Source: Octopus vulgaris | Lineage: Eukaryota | Assembly: GCA_951406725.2 (NCBI GenBank) | Contig: OX597815.1 | Span: 201,066,001 to 201,130,000 of the forward strand | Direction of reading: 5' to 3' | DNA length: 64,000 nucleotides | Shown: piece by piece, positions 27,287 through 40,400 of the stretch | How the letters are laid out: each line of letters starts with the position of its first letter | How positions within the stretch are numbered: the stretch's first letter is position 1 | Position numbers and translations under genes: made by a program | Notes under the pieces: generated by a model | Database searches by the model: none | Told to the model about the DNA's origin: nothing | What the model saw: only the letters and a program-made list of their open reading frames with translations

Positions 27287-27537
27287 ATATATACACATAT
27301 ATGTGTGTGTGTTTGTGCCTGTGTATGTGTGCATGTATGTTTTGCGCGCGTGTGTGTACGTTTGTCTAGGGATCTGTAATTAAATTTCAACTCATTATTG
27401 GCATTAACTTCTTTGATTTCAGAAGTGAATACAAAGCATTCTGTAATTTATTGAAATTTAATTGTAAATGAACAGTTCTACAACTGTACACATACACACA
27501 GATACTCATAGATACAAATATACATACATACATACAC

Positions 27538-27703
<166 letters not shown>

Positions 27704-28433
27704 CCATGGATATATATAACTTCGTTTTCGCATTATTATTTTAATAATTATGCACTTTATATGCTTTGTCTGGACTTCTTATGTTTTTAATGTTTCCGTT
27801 TCTCTAATTGACTGCATATCATATTGATAACTCATGACTTTTATAATGTAGAATCCTCTTTATATGTCTTTATGAAGCTGTTGCTTTTATCTAATATTAA
27901 AAATTATGCGGAATTGAATTTTTCATCGACACAATAGTACAGGACATTAAATGATCGTCATATGCCTGTCGTATAAATATTCATTTTGTTCTAAGTCACA
28001 ATATCATTTCAAAAACTGAATATAATGTGATGGATATTTATTTCATTTTAATGAAGAATATATGTTCATGGAAATTGTGAATGTTATAGTATAGTAACTG
28101 TGAATTTTAGAGTACATTGTTCTTATGCTAAAGACGTACGAGAGAACATGTATGTACGGATACATAAATACCATTATCTCATTTACATTAAAACACTAAT
28201 GCGTATTTATGTATGTTTTTTCCCCCTCTGTGTATGTTTGAATTGCGCATACATGTGTTTATTTATGTCTGTATTTTAACGCTTTCTAATCGAATGTGCA
28301 ATAATATGTGTGCGTCACAAATAAGACCACTTTTGCTGAAATGGAAAGACTGAACCTGCATTCGCACACACATTCACACACACAGATTCCCATATGCATG
28401 TAGGCATACACACACACACACACACACACACAT

Positions 28434-28469
<36 letters not shown>

Positions 28470-28472
<3 letters not shown>

Positions 28473-28654
28473 GGTCCCGGGTTGATTCGGGGTTAACCAC
28501 AGTAAATAAGGTACTCAATACATAGCAGAGTAAAATTAATTTATTTTATAGAAGGAGCTTCTACAGGACTAGAACTGTTTCATTCAAGAGAAATCTTCAG
28601 GAAGCTTTCTCTTGAATGAAACAGTTCTAGTCCTGTAGAAGCTCCTTCTATATA

Positions 28655-28660
<6 letters not shown>
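28470..28660 (-). mobile_element. TA-bounded Penelope pLTR-like insert with a 55-bp-arm palindrome and an HHR-like core
   Basis: Arms 28539-28593 and 28606-28660, 12-nt spacer; minus strand CUGAAGA-uuucucuugaau-GAAA-cagu-UC (28572-28600), helix I not evident. Confidence 0.7.
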
Positions 28661-28713
<53 letters not shown>

Positions 28714-29819
28714 TAAATGTTCCACGTACACAAGTTCCTGGGTTACGTAGCTTACTATGAGATTCGGTTGGATTATTGTTACGATTGAAAAGATTTTAAT
28801 GAAAATATCTATGTGGAGAAGATTCTAGAAGCTTGCAAAGTGCAATGTAGATCTAATTCAAAGCTTCTGGCGTTTCTTCAAGTTTGTACGTATCTCTGGA
28901 AAACAAATCACATTATCATAGTAACAAAGGAATATCTTGTTCAGCGTAAAGAAAACGTGTATAATCAGCTGCAGAAACTGAGACCATCACATATACACAA
29001 ACACACATACAAACACACAATGTTTTTACCGATACTGTTGTACATGGGATAAATGTCTTTGAAAGCTGCGGTTTCTTTGGTATATTTGTTCCAAACCAAC
29101 ACTTATTTTAGTGCTATTGACATCGCCGTATTGAATGGTACTGCCCAGGTGTCGAAACTATAATCATATCCGTGGGGCAGCTGATGATGGAGGTATGTTG
29201 GATCGTTGGTATGGCTGTTTTTGTATATGTGGAATAGTATTATAGAATTAAAACACATCCTTTTGATTTCATTCCCACACACCTCTCCTTTCTTGCTCCG
29301 ACTCCTAATTCTTCTCTTCATTCCTACTCTCCTCTCTTCTCTTCACTCTTACCCACCTTCTCCTTTCCTCTGCTTCCTCCATCGTCACCCCTCACTTGTA
29401 TCCCCACCCCTACACAACCTAACCCCACATTCATATTCCGTAACATCCCACCCCACCACATCCCTTACATCTACTCACACATACCCCACATCCCACTCTT
29501 GCTTTCCCCACTCTCGCCTCCCCTACATACCAACACCACACCACACACCACCAAACCACACGCCACCATACCACACAATGCCACATCACCTCACACCACC
29601 ACACACCACCACACACACTAGCACTGACCACTTCCTAGCCCCACACCATCATCCACACACCTACACAAACACACACGCACACGTCAAGGTTACCAGCCCT
29701 CTTCCACATGCACATAATGCTCTCTTATACACACGCAGGCGCACATTCGTTTTGGGATCACCACTACTTTATTATATTCCCTTCTTCCTAGCTCTCCTGT
29801 GTGACACCTCTGTCCGGCA

Positions 29820-29994
29820 TTCGCCATGATAGATCGCTACCCACTACACATTCTTTATTTTCTTTCCTTGTTTCTTTCTGTGGAAGAGCGTACGCTCGAA
29901 ACGTTAAAGCCTTTTTCACTTCCCGAGCGTTAAACTCATACATCTGTTTGTTGTCTCCACCACCTGTCTTCGTCTTTTTTGCGAATACTCCCTA
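29820..29994 (+). mobile_element. Short HHR-bearing element, family A (copy 3), preceded by a C/A-rich tract from ~29260
   Basis: Homologous to copies 1 and 2 (CGCCATGAT..., CCACCTGTCTTCGTCTTTT, CTCCCTATA terminus). Confidence 0.85.
29874..29909 (+). ncRNA. Minimal hammerhead motif with CUGUGGA core
   Basis: cuuu-CUGUGGA-a-gagc guac gcuc-GAAA-cg-UU-aaag. Confidence 0.7.
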
Positions 29995-30054
29995 TAAATA
30001 ATCATATATTGACACAAGCCGGGTTGTCTGGCGTTCAGTTATTCCATAAATGTC

Positions 30055-30183
30055 AAATGCATTAAATACTACAAAAAGGACATGTAGGACAGACACAGAA
30101 TGACCCCAAAACTTTAACTGATGAAGAATTGGGGTCCATTGGTGTCTGTTCTACGTTTATGATTTGTAGTATTTAATGCATTT
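30055..30183. repeat. Imperfect inverted repeat
   Basis: AAATGCATTAAATACTACAAA / TTTGTAGTATTTAATGCATTT outer arms; GTAGGACAGACAC / GTGTCTGTTCTAC inner arms. Confidence 0.85.
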
Positions 30184-30283
30184 TCATTTCTCCCTCTCTA
30201 TATATGTATGTATATATGTGTTTTGTATATGTATGTGTGCGTGTTTGTGTATGTATATTTAGACACGAGCATTGGTTGAAAGT

Positions 30284-30845
30284 TTCACGGGCTTTCCAAA
30301 ATAAATTCATGGGATACAGCCCAATGAGGTTTATTTTTCAACATAGTGTTCTTTGCACTCCACACGCTTCTGTACTTGTATCCCTTCGTCGATGACGCTT
30401 TCGTCCTGTTGGTAGAAAAAGTCATGAACAATAGGTATGATGTCATCGTCACTGCGATGTTGTTTCCCAGACAACTGTTTTTCAAGTTGGGGAGCAATTG
30501 ATTGTCAGATAGGGCAATTTCAAGAAGAAGGGAGGCAGATCAAATATTTCAAACTCACAGACATCCACAGCAGCCATTGAAACCAACGACTTGTGTCCTG
30601 GAGCATTATCACCGTGAAACGAGATACTTTCTGCAGATTACCTGGGCATTTGATCTTCATATATTTTCGTAACTTCCTCAGCAAGATGGCATAGTGCTCT
30701 CTAATGATGGTGTGGCCATGACGTTTTCCTCCCCAAAAGTCTGAGGACATCATATTCTTTGTAGATGAAACGATCATCACCTGCTTTAAAGCAGGTGAGA
30801 TGGGATGTTTCCACCGGCATGGATAATTCTTTTCTTCTATAGACA
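30284..30845 (-). mobile_element. Decayed mariner transposase, 3' portion
   Basis: WKHPISP..K...SS.K.MMS.FW, GHTI..EHY..LLRKLR...K.K.PG, HGDNAPGHKS, LPPF, QLLPNLK, C-terminal ..HYVEK*. Confidence 0.88.
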
Positions 30846-31342
30846 TAAGGCCTGAAATTTGTCGGGAGATTCCAGTCGATTAGACCGAGGTTCTGAGTTT
30901 CTGAGCCACACTTTCTTGAACGATGCACTTCATCAGCTTTTGCAGCTGAACTGAACGCTTCCGTAATATGTATACATTTATTTAAGCATTTAACGTTCAA
31001 AAGCCACTGAAATGCATCATTCATGGAATTGCGAATCAGAAAATCAGAATCCTTAACATAAGTATTCCATTCGTGTGACATTCTAGAAGTTTCGTCCTCT
31101 AGTTCCAACGCTGGTGAATGCAATCCTTTTGTTGTTAAATCTGGTTTGTGCTTATGTATGCATGTATGTATGTATGTATGTATGTATGCATGTATGTATG
31201 TACCTATCTATATATCTATCTATCTATCTATCTGTCTATCTATCTATCTATCTAGCCATCTATCGATCGATCTATGTATCTGTCTATTTGTCTGTCTGTC
31301 TGTCTACCCATCTATCTGTCTATGTATCTAAATATATATATA

Positions 31343-31400
<58 letters not shown>

Positions 31401-31454
31401 CACATATATATATATATGTATATATATACATACATATATACATATATCACTCTT

Positions 31455-31722
31455 TCTATCCACTCAGTCGAAGTCGACTCTCGGTCACTCGTCGGATCAG
31501 TGTCCTCCAGTCAGTTCTATCCTGGGCCGCTTCTTTCAGATTGGCTATGTCCATTCCGGTATCACTCTTGACGGTGTCAAGCCAGCGGGTTCTTGGTCAG
31601 CCTCTTCCTCTCTTGCCACTGACCATTCCGAGCATGATGTCCTTCTCCAGGGATGATTTTCTCCGCATAATATGACCGAAATATGCCAATCTAGGCTTGG
31701 TGATCCTAGCTTCTGGCGACAT
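31455..31722 (-). mobile_element. RTE (BovB-like) LINE 3' end
   Basis: [45 protein letters not shown]...[23 protein letters not shown]. Confidence 0.92.
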
Positions 31723-34289
31723 TTTTGGCCTTGAGAGTGTGTGTGCATACATGTGTGTGCTTGTGTGTGCGTGTGTGTACCTAGGTGCAGATATGTGCCT
31801 TTAACTGTGCAATATCACTAGAGAGAAAACATACCTGAATCAAAAATGGTTTCACAAATATAGTATGTCAGTTGACAGATGTATGAAAGAAAATATTCAT
31901 TATGCTATAATACCGCTACTTTTCCGGTACAGACTGAATTATATATGTAAAATAATATAATATGTATAGGATGATAATCAAATCTCAGAAGCATTAGCAA
32001 AGAGTTTGAAGGGTAATTTGTGATTTAGTTGATAAAATAACCGAAACCGTTAACGATGTAGAGTAGCGTGAAGCAAATTATATGAGAATAAAGATGTTTA
32101 TTTGTAAGGTTTATAAGACAGCCTGTCACTTACAAACTAAGTTGTAAGTTATCTAAGTATACTTACGAAGTGCATTTTTTATAACCTACTTATTTTCTTT
32201 CTGATAAAGGAATCTATTTCACAAGTCCCTTGCTACAGATCCGATTTCATTGATTATAATTCTTGGAAACTACCTTATTCGTGTAGCAATGCTGTCGATA
32301 TTATTGTGAATGTAGTTGGCTAAACTTTAAGGTTGTTAACACTTTGTTTCAAAAAATGTCAATATGAATATTCATGCGTACAGCATCGAAAGCAATGAAC
32401 CTCTAATTGTAGGTTTGTGGCACTTTGTCAATATGAAGGTTGTTGAGAGTTATGTCAAAGTTGTACGTGTCTGTTGAATATAAACTACAACCAAATGACA
32501 CTAAAATGATCAGATTGTTCAGTTTTAAGATCTAACTGCATGGTCAACAGAGGAAATTAAGGCAATTTTTTTTAAATACGCAGATAGGCGCGAACCAGAT
32601 TTTATGAAATTTGAGATGTTTATTTGATTGTAGGATGTATAAGACAGCGCCTGTCACAGTTGTACGATATCGTAATTTAGTTACTCATTGCATTTTTGAT
32701 AACCTTTTCATTTTCCGTGAAATCAAGAAATTTCCTTCCCATTCAATGCCTTTGCCTATAATTCATGAAATCTGCCCTCTTCCCTGCAGTAGTGGAGTTC
32801 ATCCCTTTGCGAATGCACTTGGGTAATCTTAAAAATCATAGACACTTGGTTAATGTATTCCATCTAATTTTTGCAGGCAATGTTAATCGGTTGATCTAAA
32901 TCACACCTTTACGTGGAACCTCGATATCTTTAGCGTATACGACTCTCCTGCAACTATCGTAACCATGGATCATTTGAAGATACCGTTCTCCTTACTACAG
33001 AAATTCAGTAAGCGCGGCGTCTCACTCTTCCCCAAAGCGGAAACTCTACATGAAAATTCGATGTAATTTACATATGCTATTATATTTTAGGGATATAATG
33101 ACTAATTACTGTTCCCAATAATATCATATTAATTGTGTAAATAAAAAGGAAAGATGTTTCGACACTCCCATTAGGAAGACGAAGGGTAAAGCACCACAAA
33201 TATATTGAACTATTTTGTGAAATAAATTAAAGATTTCGGAGTATTTATTTCATCTCTTTGTGATTTTATTTTCTATTCTGAAGAATGTATAGTTCATGCT
33301 ATTTCAAAATATTCAGACATGAATTCCGTTTTGAAGTCTTAAGTATGTTAAAAGTACAAATAAAAGAAATGTTTTACAATAAATAGATTTTGCTCTGAAG
33401 ATATGTTTAATAATCTTGTATTTGGAGATACATTTATATACAGTGACGTTTATATACTTATCAGTACTGCAGACATAGAATTAGTTGACTATTGATTGTA
33501 CGCTCCTAAATATTCTGTAATTTCTAAAAGCAATAGTCAGGCGATTACGGATTTACTGTCGGTTAACAGCGAAGAAACTGTGTTACAGATTTTGACAAAT
33601 TCTCATTTTATATTCGATGACTTTGTTCCGACAATGAACATTTTCCATTCAACCGAATTACATTGAATTCGAGGTTAATTTATCAATGGTAGAATGGTAG
33701 CAATTCTACATTAGGTCTAAACACTACCTCAGTATATATCTAATACCATTGGCTGTAGAATTATAATTTTTGAAATTACATTTTTAAATCAAGGGTCATT
33801 TTGATACGAACTGCGAGTTGTTGTGGCACATGTTAAATTTTATATACGATTACAAAATGCAATAAAACTTGTCAGTATCACTATAAAAACATCGATATTC
33901 TAAAAACATTGAGGTGCATCAATATATGTGCAAGAGATATGCTGCAAGCTTTTCTCATGATGTAGATTCATAATTCCCCATCAACTGTGAGATAAATTGT
34001 TATGTTGTAAATTACTAAAACCCATATTTCATGGCACAATTTATCTGGGTGATGAAGATGGTGTTAAACATGACTCCTCAACAGTGAAAACATATCCCAA
34101 AAGTTATCACAGTACATCATGATTATATAAAAGAAACATACCGATGTCATTAAGCAGATCATAGATATACATGTGATATACATGAAGTGTATAACATAGA
34201 TTCATGTTCAGTTACTTTTGGAAATACAAGAGTATCATAAATGCAATCTGTAGTAAAATAATCATATCTGTTATAGCCACATGGCTTAA

Positions 34290-34451
34290 CATTTTGAGGA
34301 GAATGCAAGTCGATTTCATCGACCCTTAAGCTCACCTGGTACTTATTTTATCGAGGCCGAAAGGATGAAAGGCAAAGTCGACTTTGATGAAATTTGAACT
34401 CAAAAGGAAAAGACAGACGAAATGACGCTAAGCATTTCGTCCACCGTGCTG
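34290..34451 (-). mobile_element. SINE family 2, partial
   Basis: GAAAGGATGAAAGGCAAAGTCGAC..ATTTGAACTC..GCTAAGCATTTCG. Confidence 0.85.
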
Positions 34452-36334
34452 AAGAAAAAAACTCAGTAACTGATAAGCATTTGGAAAACTTGTAGCATTT
34501 CACAAGAAACTGCATATCAACTGCTGAAAAAGAGGTCAGGCAGGATAGTTTGTTTAGTTAAATGGGCCATATACGACCATTAGAATTTATTTATAAGCGA
34601 CGAAACTTGGGGCATATTTGAAAAGAATTTCGGAAAAAATACAGCAACAATGTCAAGAAAAAGTAACAGCAAAATAACAGTTCATTAAAACTTAGACATA
34701 CTTACTCAATTAGTGGACTTCTTTGCATTTGTCTTATTTCTTTTCTGTGCTTCAGGTTTATATCTTGCTTTGAACTAAATGCATGTTACTAGCACGAAAT
34801 CGATGTGATAGCACAACTCTAGAGACAACAGTAATCTTTTATACACACATACTATAGTAATCTATATGCACATGTAGTTTTGGTTCTGCACAAATGAACA
34901 ACAGCTATAAAATCAACACTACCTATGTGCTAACTTACAAACAAATATACTGGATATTCATTGGTGAAAAATTACTTGATCATAGACACGCGTGAGGTAT
35001 GAAGCGGTGTGAAACATATACAACCGTAGGCATACTGGTTGTGTCTCAACCTTAATTTTGCTAGTATTCGTTATAATTTAAACGTGGAAGTTGATCAAAT
35101 CAACATTTCAGTTTGGACATATTGTGAGAGAGACATTTAAAGGACACAATAGTGATAAATATCATACAATACGATATAGGATATGAAGAAGTAGAAAACG
35201 TAAATACTCAATAATGAAATAGGAAGAAGCGTAAATAATGAAAAATAGACGAGCGATGGTACAGTGGAAATATTGAAAATATACTAATGAGCGTGTTAAA
35301 GTCAGTGAAACCAATTAACAAACATGTTAAAGAGAGAAAGCTCAGGTAATCAAATGGCAGATATTTGTTAACGGTTAATGCTGCTCTTGATCACGACAGT
35401 AGCATTAAGTTTCCGTTTCTTCTAATGAGGATTATGTGCGTTATATGGTGCACGATAACTCTTCAAGCAGAGATGTTAGCTATGATAAAGGAAAATTCTT
35501 TGTTATTGTAGTCACCTTTGAGTTACACCTCTCCAGAAATGAAAAATTCTGAGTCATCTTGAATAGCCACCACTCTGCTATTTCATCTGGAATTTAATAC
35601 ATTGCGATTCTATTGGTGTTAATACTTCAAAGGAAAAATCGAAATAGATTCTCATAATCAGAAGCAAAGAATATAATTCAAAGAACCCTCACTCGCATGC
35701 GAGCATGTCATATGAGCAGGAGCTTGTAGGTGAAAGCATGATGCATTTACAAAGGGTTTTGGGTGTCTCTGTTATAACGAGCAAATACAGAGTCTTTCAA
35801 CATTCTTAAACTTGACACCGCAGGACGTTGAGAATGTAAAGCTAGAGGGAATGAGTATAACACCAGCATCTACCTGGCATATAATTTCACTGGAATTGAC
35901 CGAAGCAATGTGAAATGAAGTCTTTTTTATTCAAAGTCACAACGATCGAAAAACCACAAACTTATGATTTTATGCTCAGCATCCTAAACATTGACGGAAC
36001 TAGTAATATAATACTTCCGCATAAAATATTCCAAAATAACTCGGTATAATTATTAATAATTTTTGCAACCTTGTAATTATCGTAATTCTAATAATTATGT
36101 TTCCTCAAATGGTATTTGTATTTTATCATGTCAAGCATCGAAGCAATTTCCTTTTGTTACCTTAAAGGGTTTACAGTCTTTCGCTGCATTGAGATTACGG
36201 TGTAAACTTCTGAAATGTGCCCTTACCGGTGTGGAAAGAACAAGGGGAATTTTAATACAAAATCTATTTAATTTCACTCTCTCTCACTCCTTCTTTCCCT
36301 CTCTCTCCTCTTTCTATCCTGTCCCTATATATAT

Positions 36335-36411
36335 GAACGTCCAATAATACTTTATTTGTTCCACGTCCTTGCGTTGTTGTTTTTTTTGTTTTTGTTTTCT
36401 TGTTTGGATTA

Positions 36412-36416
<5 letters not shown>
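36335..36416 (+). mobile_element. Family B 3'-terminal fragment (no HHR), TA on both sides
   Basis: CCAATAATACTTTATTTGTTCCAC.TCCT.GCGTTGT..GTTTGGATTAACTTT; same terminus as 43168(-). Confidence 0.85.
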
Positions 36417-36469
<53 letters not shown>

Positions 36470-36474
<5 letters not shown>

Positions 36475-36852
36475 TAGGGTTCAGCAAAGATTTGCTTTAC
36501 CACATACCGAAGTAGTTTAGAAATAGCAGCCAAAAAACATTAGCTATTTCCTCTACTTTAAAAAGGGACTCCCACAAAAAAACAAAATACTTGAAAACAA
36601 TCCACGCAGGCAGAGAGGAAAAATAACGAAAATCAATCGATATATGATTACCCATGTACGCGTTTCGGAATTAGATCGGTATAAAGAATATAGAATTATA
36701 CTTTACCCAAACATTTTCTTCATCAGCATAGGACTTCGAAAATATTAAATATTAAAAATATTAAATTCGAAGGCACTGGAAGAATTGAACATATCTCTCC
36801 ACCTAACGGAATCAGACAGATCATGTTCAGTGTCAGTACCGCCGAATTTGAT
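36470..36852 (-). mobile_element. TA-bounded Penelope pLTR-like element (family D)
   Basis: Unique ~380 bp between TA tracts that contains the HHR below. Confidence 0.7.
36651..36732 (-). ncRNA. Type-I hammerhead ribozyme motif, best-formed in the window
   Basis: ccuaug-CUGAUGA-agaa...uucc-GAAA-cgcg-UA-cauggg; 6-bp helix I with one GU pair, palindromic ACGCGU. Confidence 0.82.
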
Positions 36853-38079
36853 ATCTATATATATATATCTCCGAGTGGATACTGCGTTTATGAGCGATCA
36901 ATTAATTTTGAGCACGCTTTCATAACAATTAGTAATATTTTCAAGCACATGTCAAAGTAAGGCTGTAACATGTAAGAGATGCGTTCAGAGTCATAGTCTC
37001 TTTTTAGTAGAGAGAAAATCGTGGTAATATTTTACTGATTAATTATATAAACTTAGGTGATTTGTTTCCGGCCTGTTACCGGAAGAGGCAGAGACATTGA
37101 TTCACAAGCTGTCATTACATTTTTGATTAAATATTGAGACAATATTGTCACATTTGTATCACGATATAAGTGGATGGTCATTGTAGATGAACGGAGAGTG
37201 ATAGTTGGCCAGAAGTGATTTGGAATGAATTTGCGAGTTCTATTTATTAGTAAAATAATAATCTGACCATGTGTTAATGGCAGGAGCTTAGTCTATGAGT
37301 CACAAACTAACAGAAAAAAACACAGAGAACTGTGAAAGGGATGATCATTTGAAGGTATTCTGTTGACAAGATCTACGGAAGCAAATGCAAAAGGAAGATA
37401 GTGCGGATCACATGAGTCTGCGGCAGTTGCAGGTAACGCCCTTTTCATGTACGAGATTGGGGAATATCACTTCACAGGTGGTATCAGAAAACAATAGTGT
37501 CAGTGCATTATCTTTACAAGAACGAAAGAATCAAAATGGAAAAAAAGATTATACAAATGAGAGAAGATCGAATTAGAAACAAAATAAAAAAAACTTGTCG
37601 AAATAAAAAGCAAATCCCACAAAAACCGACGATAAATATTTTGGTGTAGCTTGGCTATGTTTGCACGTTGAAATGATTTCCACGAGACCAACGCATTTAA
37701 CAGTAAAGTACTCTTCGGAATAAACTTGATGCACCATCCAGAATATTAGTTAAACGCTCACCATTAAGCTTTGAAGATTTAATAGAAATTCTGCGGCAGC
37801 ACGTAAAGTTTTTTTATAAACCCTACCCCAGCTCATAGAGTGCTGAATGACGTTTTGTTTGCACCAGATCACAGCAAGAAGAGGAATGGAGAGGATGGAA
37901 ACGAATTGGCATTGTTCTTGCAAGGCAGCAATTCTTATCGGGGCTACATTCGGGTGCGGTGAAATAAGTATCAGCTATGCACAAGAATCGATGTAATCAA
38001 CTGTTCCCCTACCAAAATTTTAGGCCTTGTGCTTATAGTAGAAAAGATTATTAATATTATGATCATTATTGTTCTTCTA

Positions 38080-38153
<74 letters not shown>

Positions 38154-38195
38154 CATTATTATTATCATGAAGTTGATGAGCAGACATAATCGTTA

Positions 38196-38344
38196 TTTTT
38201 ATATACGTGCATTCACTTCACTACCGAGCGCAGCTCTGTGTGCCTTGGGTATGTGCTGTGATTTTTTGTGATGCTCTGATGGTTATTGTATGGAAAGTGT
38301 TCTGCGTAGGATGTGTGCAGTGCCTAGTAGTGCAATTTTCTGTA

Positions 38345-38348
<4 letters not shown>
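38196..38348 (-). mobile_element. R4/Dong LINE 3' end within an (ATT)n array
   Basis: NIQKIALLGTAHILRRTLSIQ* followed by a 3' UTR. Confidence 0.85.
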
Positions 38349-38417
<69 letters not shown>

Positions 38418-38618
38418 TTGACTTTTGCTTTATATTTGTACAAGTTGGCTCACCCAGAGACCTCAAGAGACAACAGGTTGGAAGTTCGTGATGTTGTTAT
38501 GCCTAGTGTGCCATATATTTGGTTTCATATTTAGTGTTGTACTCGTGAATGTAAAAAAAACCCCGAAAATTATGTTTGTTTTAAAACTTGAGATTGCATA
38601 GAAATTACTTGAAATTAC

Positions 38619-38678
<60 letters not shown>

Positions 38679-38689
38679 GAAGTTGATGA

Positions 38690-38895
38690 GGAGACATAAT
38701 CGTTAACATTCTGGGGGAAAAGTACTTAGCAGCATTTCGCTTGTCGATACGGCCCGAGTTCAATTTCCACCTAGGTCGACTTTTCCATTCATTCTTTCGG
38801 GGTCGATAAATTAAGTATCAGTGAAACACTGGGGCCGATGTAATCGACTTGTCTCTTCCCACCAAATTTCAGGCCTTATGTCTTTAGTAGAAAGG
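38690..38895 (+). mobile_element. SINE family 2, degenerate
   Basis: GGTCGACTTTTCCATTCATTCTTTCGGGGTCGATAAATTAAGTA core. Confidence 0.8.
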
Positions 38896-38964
38896 GCAAT
38901 TATAATTATTGTTATTTTTTCCCTTCTTTCTTCAAAGTTTCTTCCATTTCTCGTCGAGGGCAAG

Positions 38965-39312
38965 TGCGAGAGAATCGACACATTTTCTACCTCAGTCGCA
39001 ACTTCAGGATTGTGTTTCATACCATTTGTCAGCGGTGTTGATTTAATGCCGACATATTGTCCAGTGTAAATACTTGCCGACTTTGTCATGTCTTGCTTTA
39101 TATTCTACAGGTGCTACGACTCTGTACCCTGAAAATAGGAGGTTTCAATCTCATCGTTACAGAATCGGCATTTTGGGTCAGCTCCGGGTTAATAAGCTTT
39201 GGTCTTGAATAGTTAATATGAAACCTTCACTCTCTGTTTTTTGCCCCGAGCTTCGTAACCATTGGTGCGCATGTTTCTGATCGACATCACCCTGTTTCCT
39301 ACAGGCCAATAT
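38965..39312 (-). mobile_element. R4/Dong LINE zinc-knuckle region fragment
   Basis: HQWLRSSG.KTESEGFILTIQDQSLLT, PKCRFC, EYKARHDKVGKYLHWTICRH, DKWY; homologous to 56560-56667. Confidence 0.88.
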
Positions 39313-39341
39313 TGTTATTATTATTATTATTATTATTATCA

Positions 39342-39396
<55 letters not shown>

Positions 39397-39471
39397 AATG
39401 GTAGTAGAATGGTGGTGGTGATAATAGCAGTAGTAGTAGGAGTAGTAGCAGCAGCAGCGGTTGTAGTAGTT

Positions 39472-39525
<54 letters not shown>

Positions 39526-39829
39526 TCAATATCATAAATGGTCTTTTTTACTTCCTTACACGCAGCCACAGGCTGAACATGAAATATTAAAATTTAGCTT
39601 GATACATGTATGACTAAATCAATGAATATTAACTTCAATGCAATTTACACAACAGAATTCATTATTTACTCATTAAAGTCGTTGTTTAATAGGCTAAGCA
39701 ATCGATTGCCAAATAGAAAAAAAAAATGTGATTTATATGAAGGCTTTTAAATTAAATGACAGATAATATATTTTTAATCTTCAGAACGTGCCGCGGCTGT
39801 TATAAAATCGTGTAATTCAAAGAACGCCG

Positions 39830-40114
39830 AAATGATTATGATGATCAGTATGATCATCATTAGCATCATCATTACTCTCATCATAATCATCTTCATTATC
39901 ATCATGGTAGTGGTATTGATGGTGGTAGTGGCGGTGGTGACGATGATAATGATTGTGATAATGATGATGACGACGATGGTGATGACAATGGTAATAATAA
40001 TAATAATGATGTCGATGACGAAGATGATGATTATGATGATGATGATGGTCATAATAATAACAATAATGATAATGATGATAATAATAATAATAATAATAAG
40101 ACAACAACAATAAC

Positions 40115-40146
<32 letters not shown>

Positions 40147-40180
40147 TAATACTAATAATAAAAATAATAATAATAATAAC

Positions 40181-40259
<79 letters not shown>

Positions 40260-40265
40260 TTAATA

Positions 40266-40297
<32 letters not shown>

Positions 40298-40302
40298 AAT
40301 GG

Positions 40303-40348
<46 letters not shown>

Positions 40349-40400
40349 AAAACTAATGATCATGGTTTTGACGATGACGATGATGTTGATGATGATATAA
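39830..40400 (+). repeat. Compound (GAT)/(AAT)n low-complexity tract
   Basis: Direct reading. Confidence 0.95.

Noticed and set aside
30701-31123. 140-aa minus ORF and a CTGATGA..GAAA at 30903-30936(-)
   Set aside because: The ORF is a chimera running into SINE and mariner sequence; the HHR-like motif has no helices.
37170-37965. Possible MULE remnant (NWHCSCK SWIM-like piece)
   Set aside because: One short motif only; too weak without a search.
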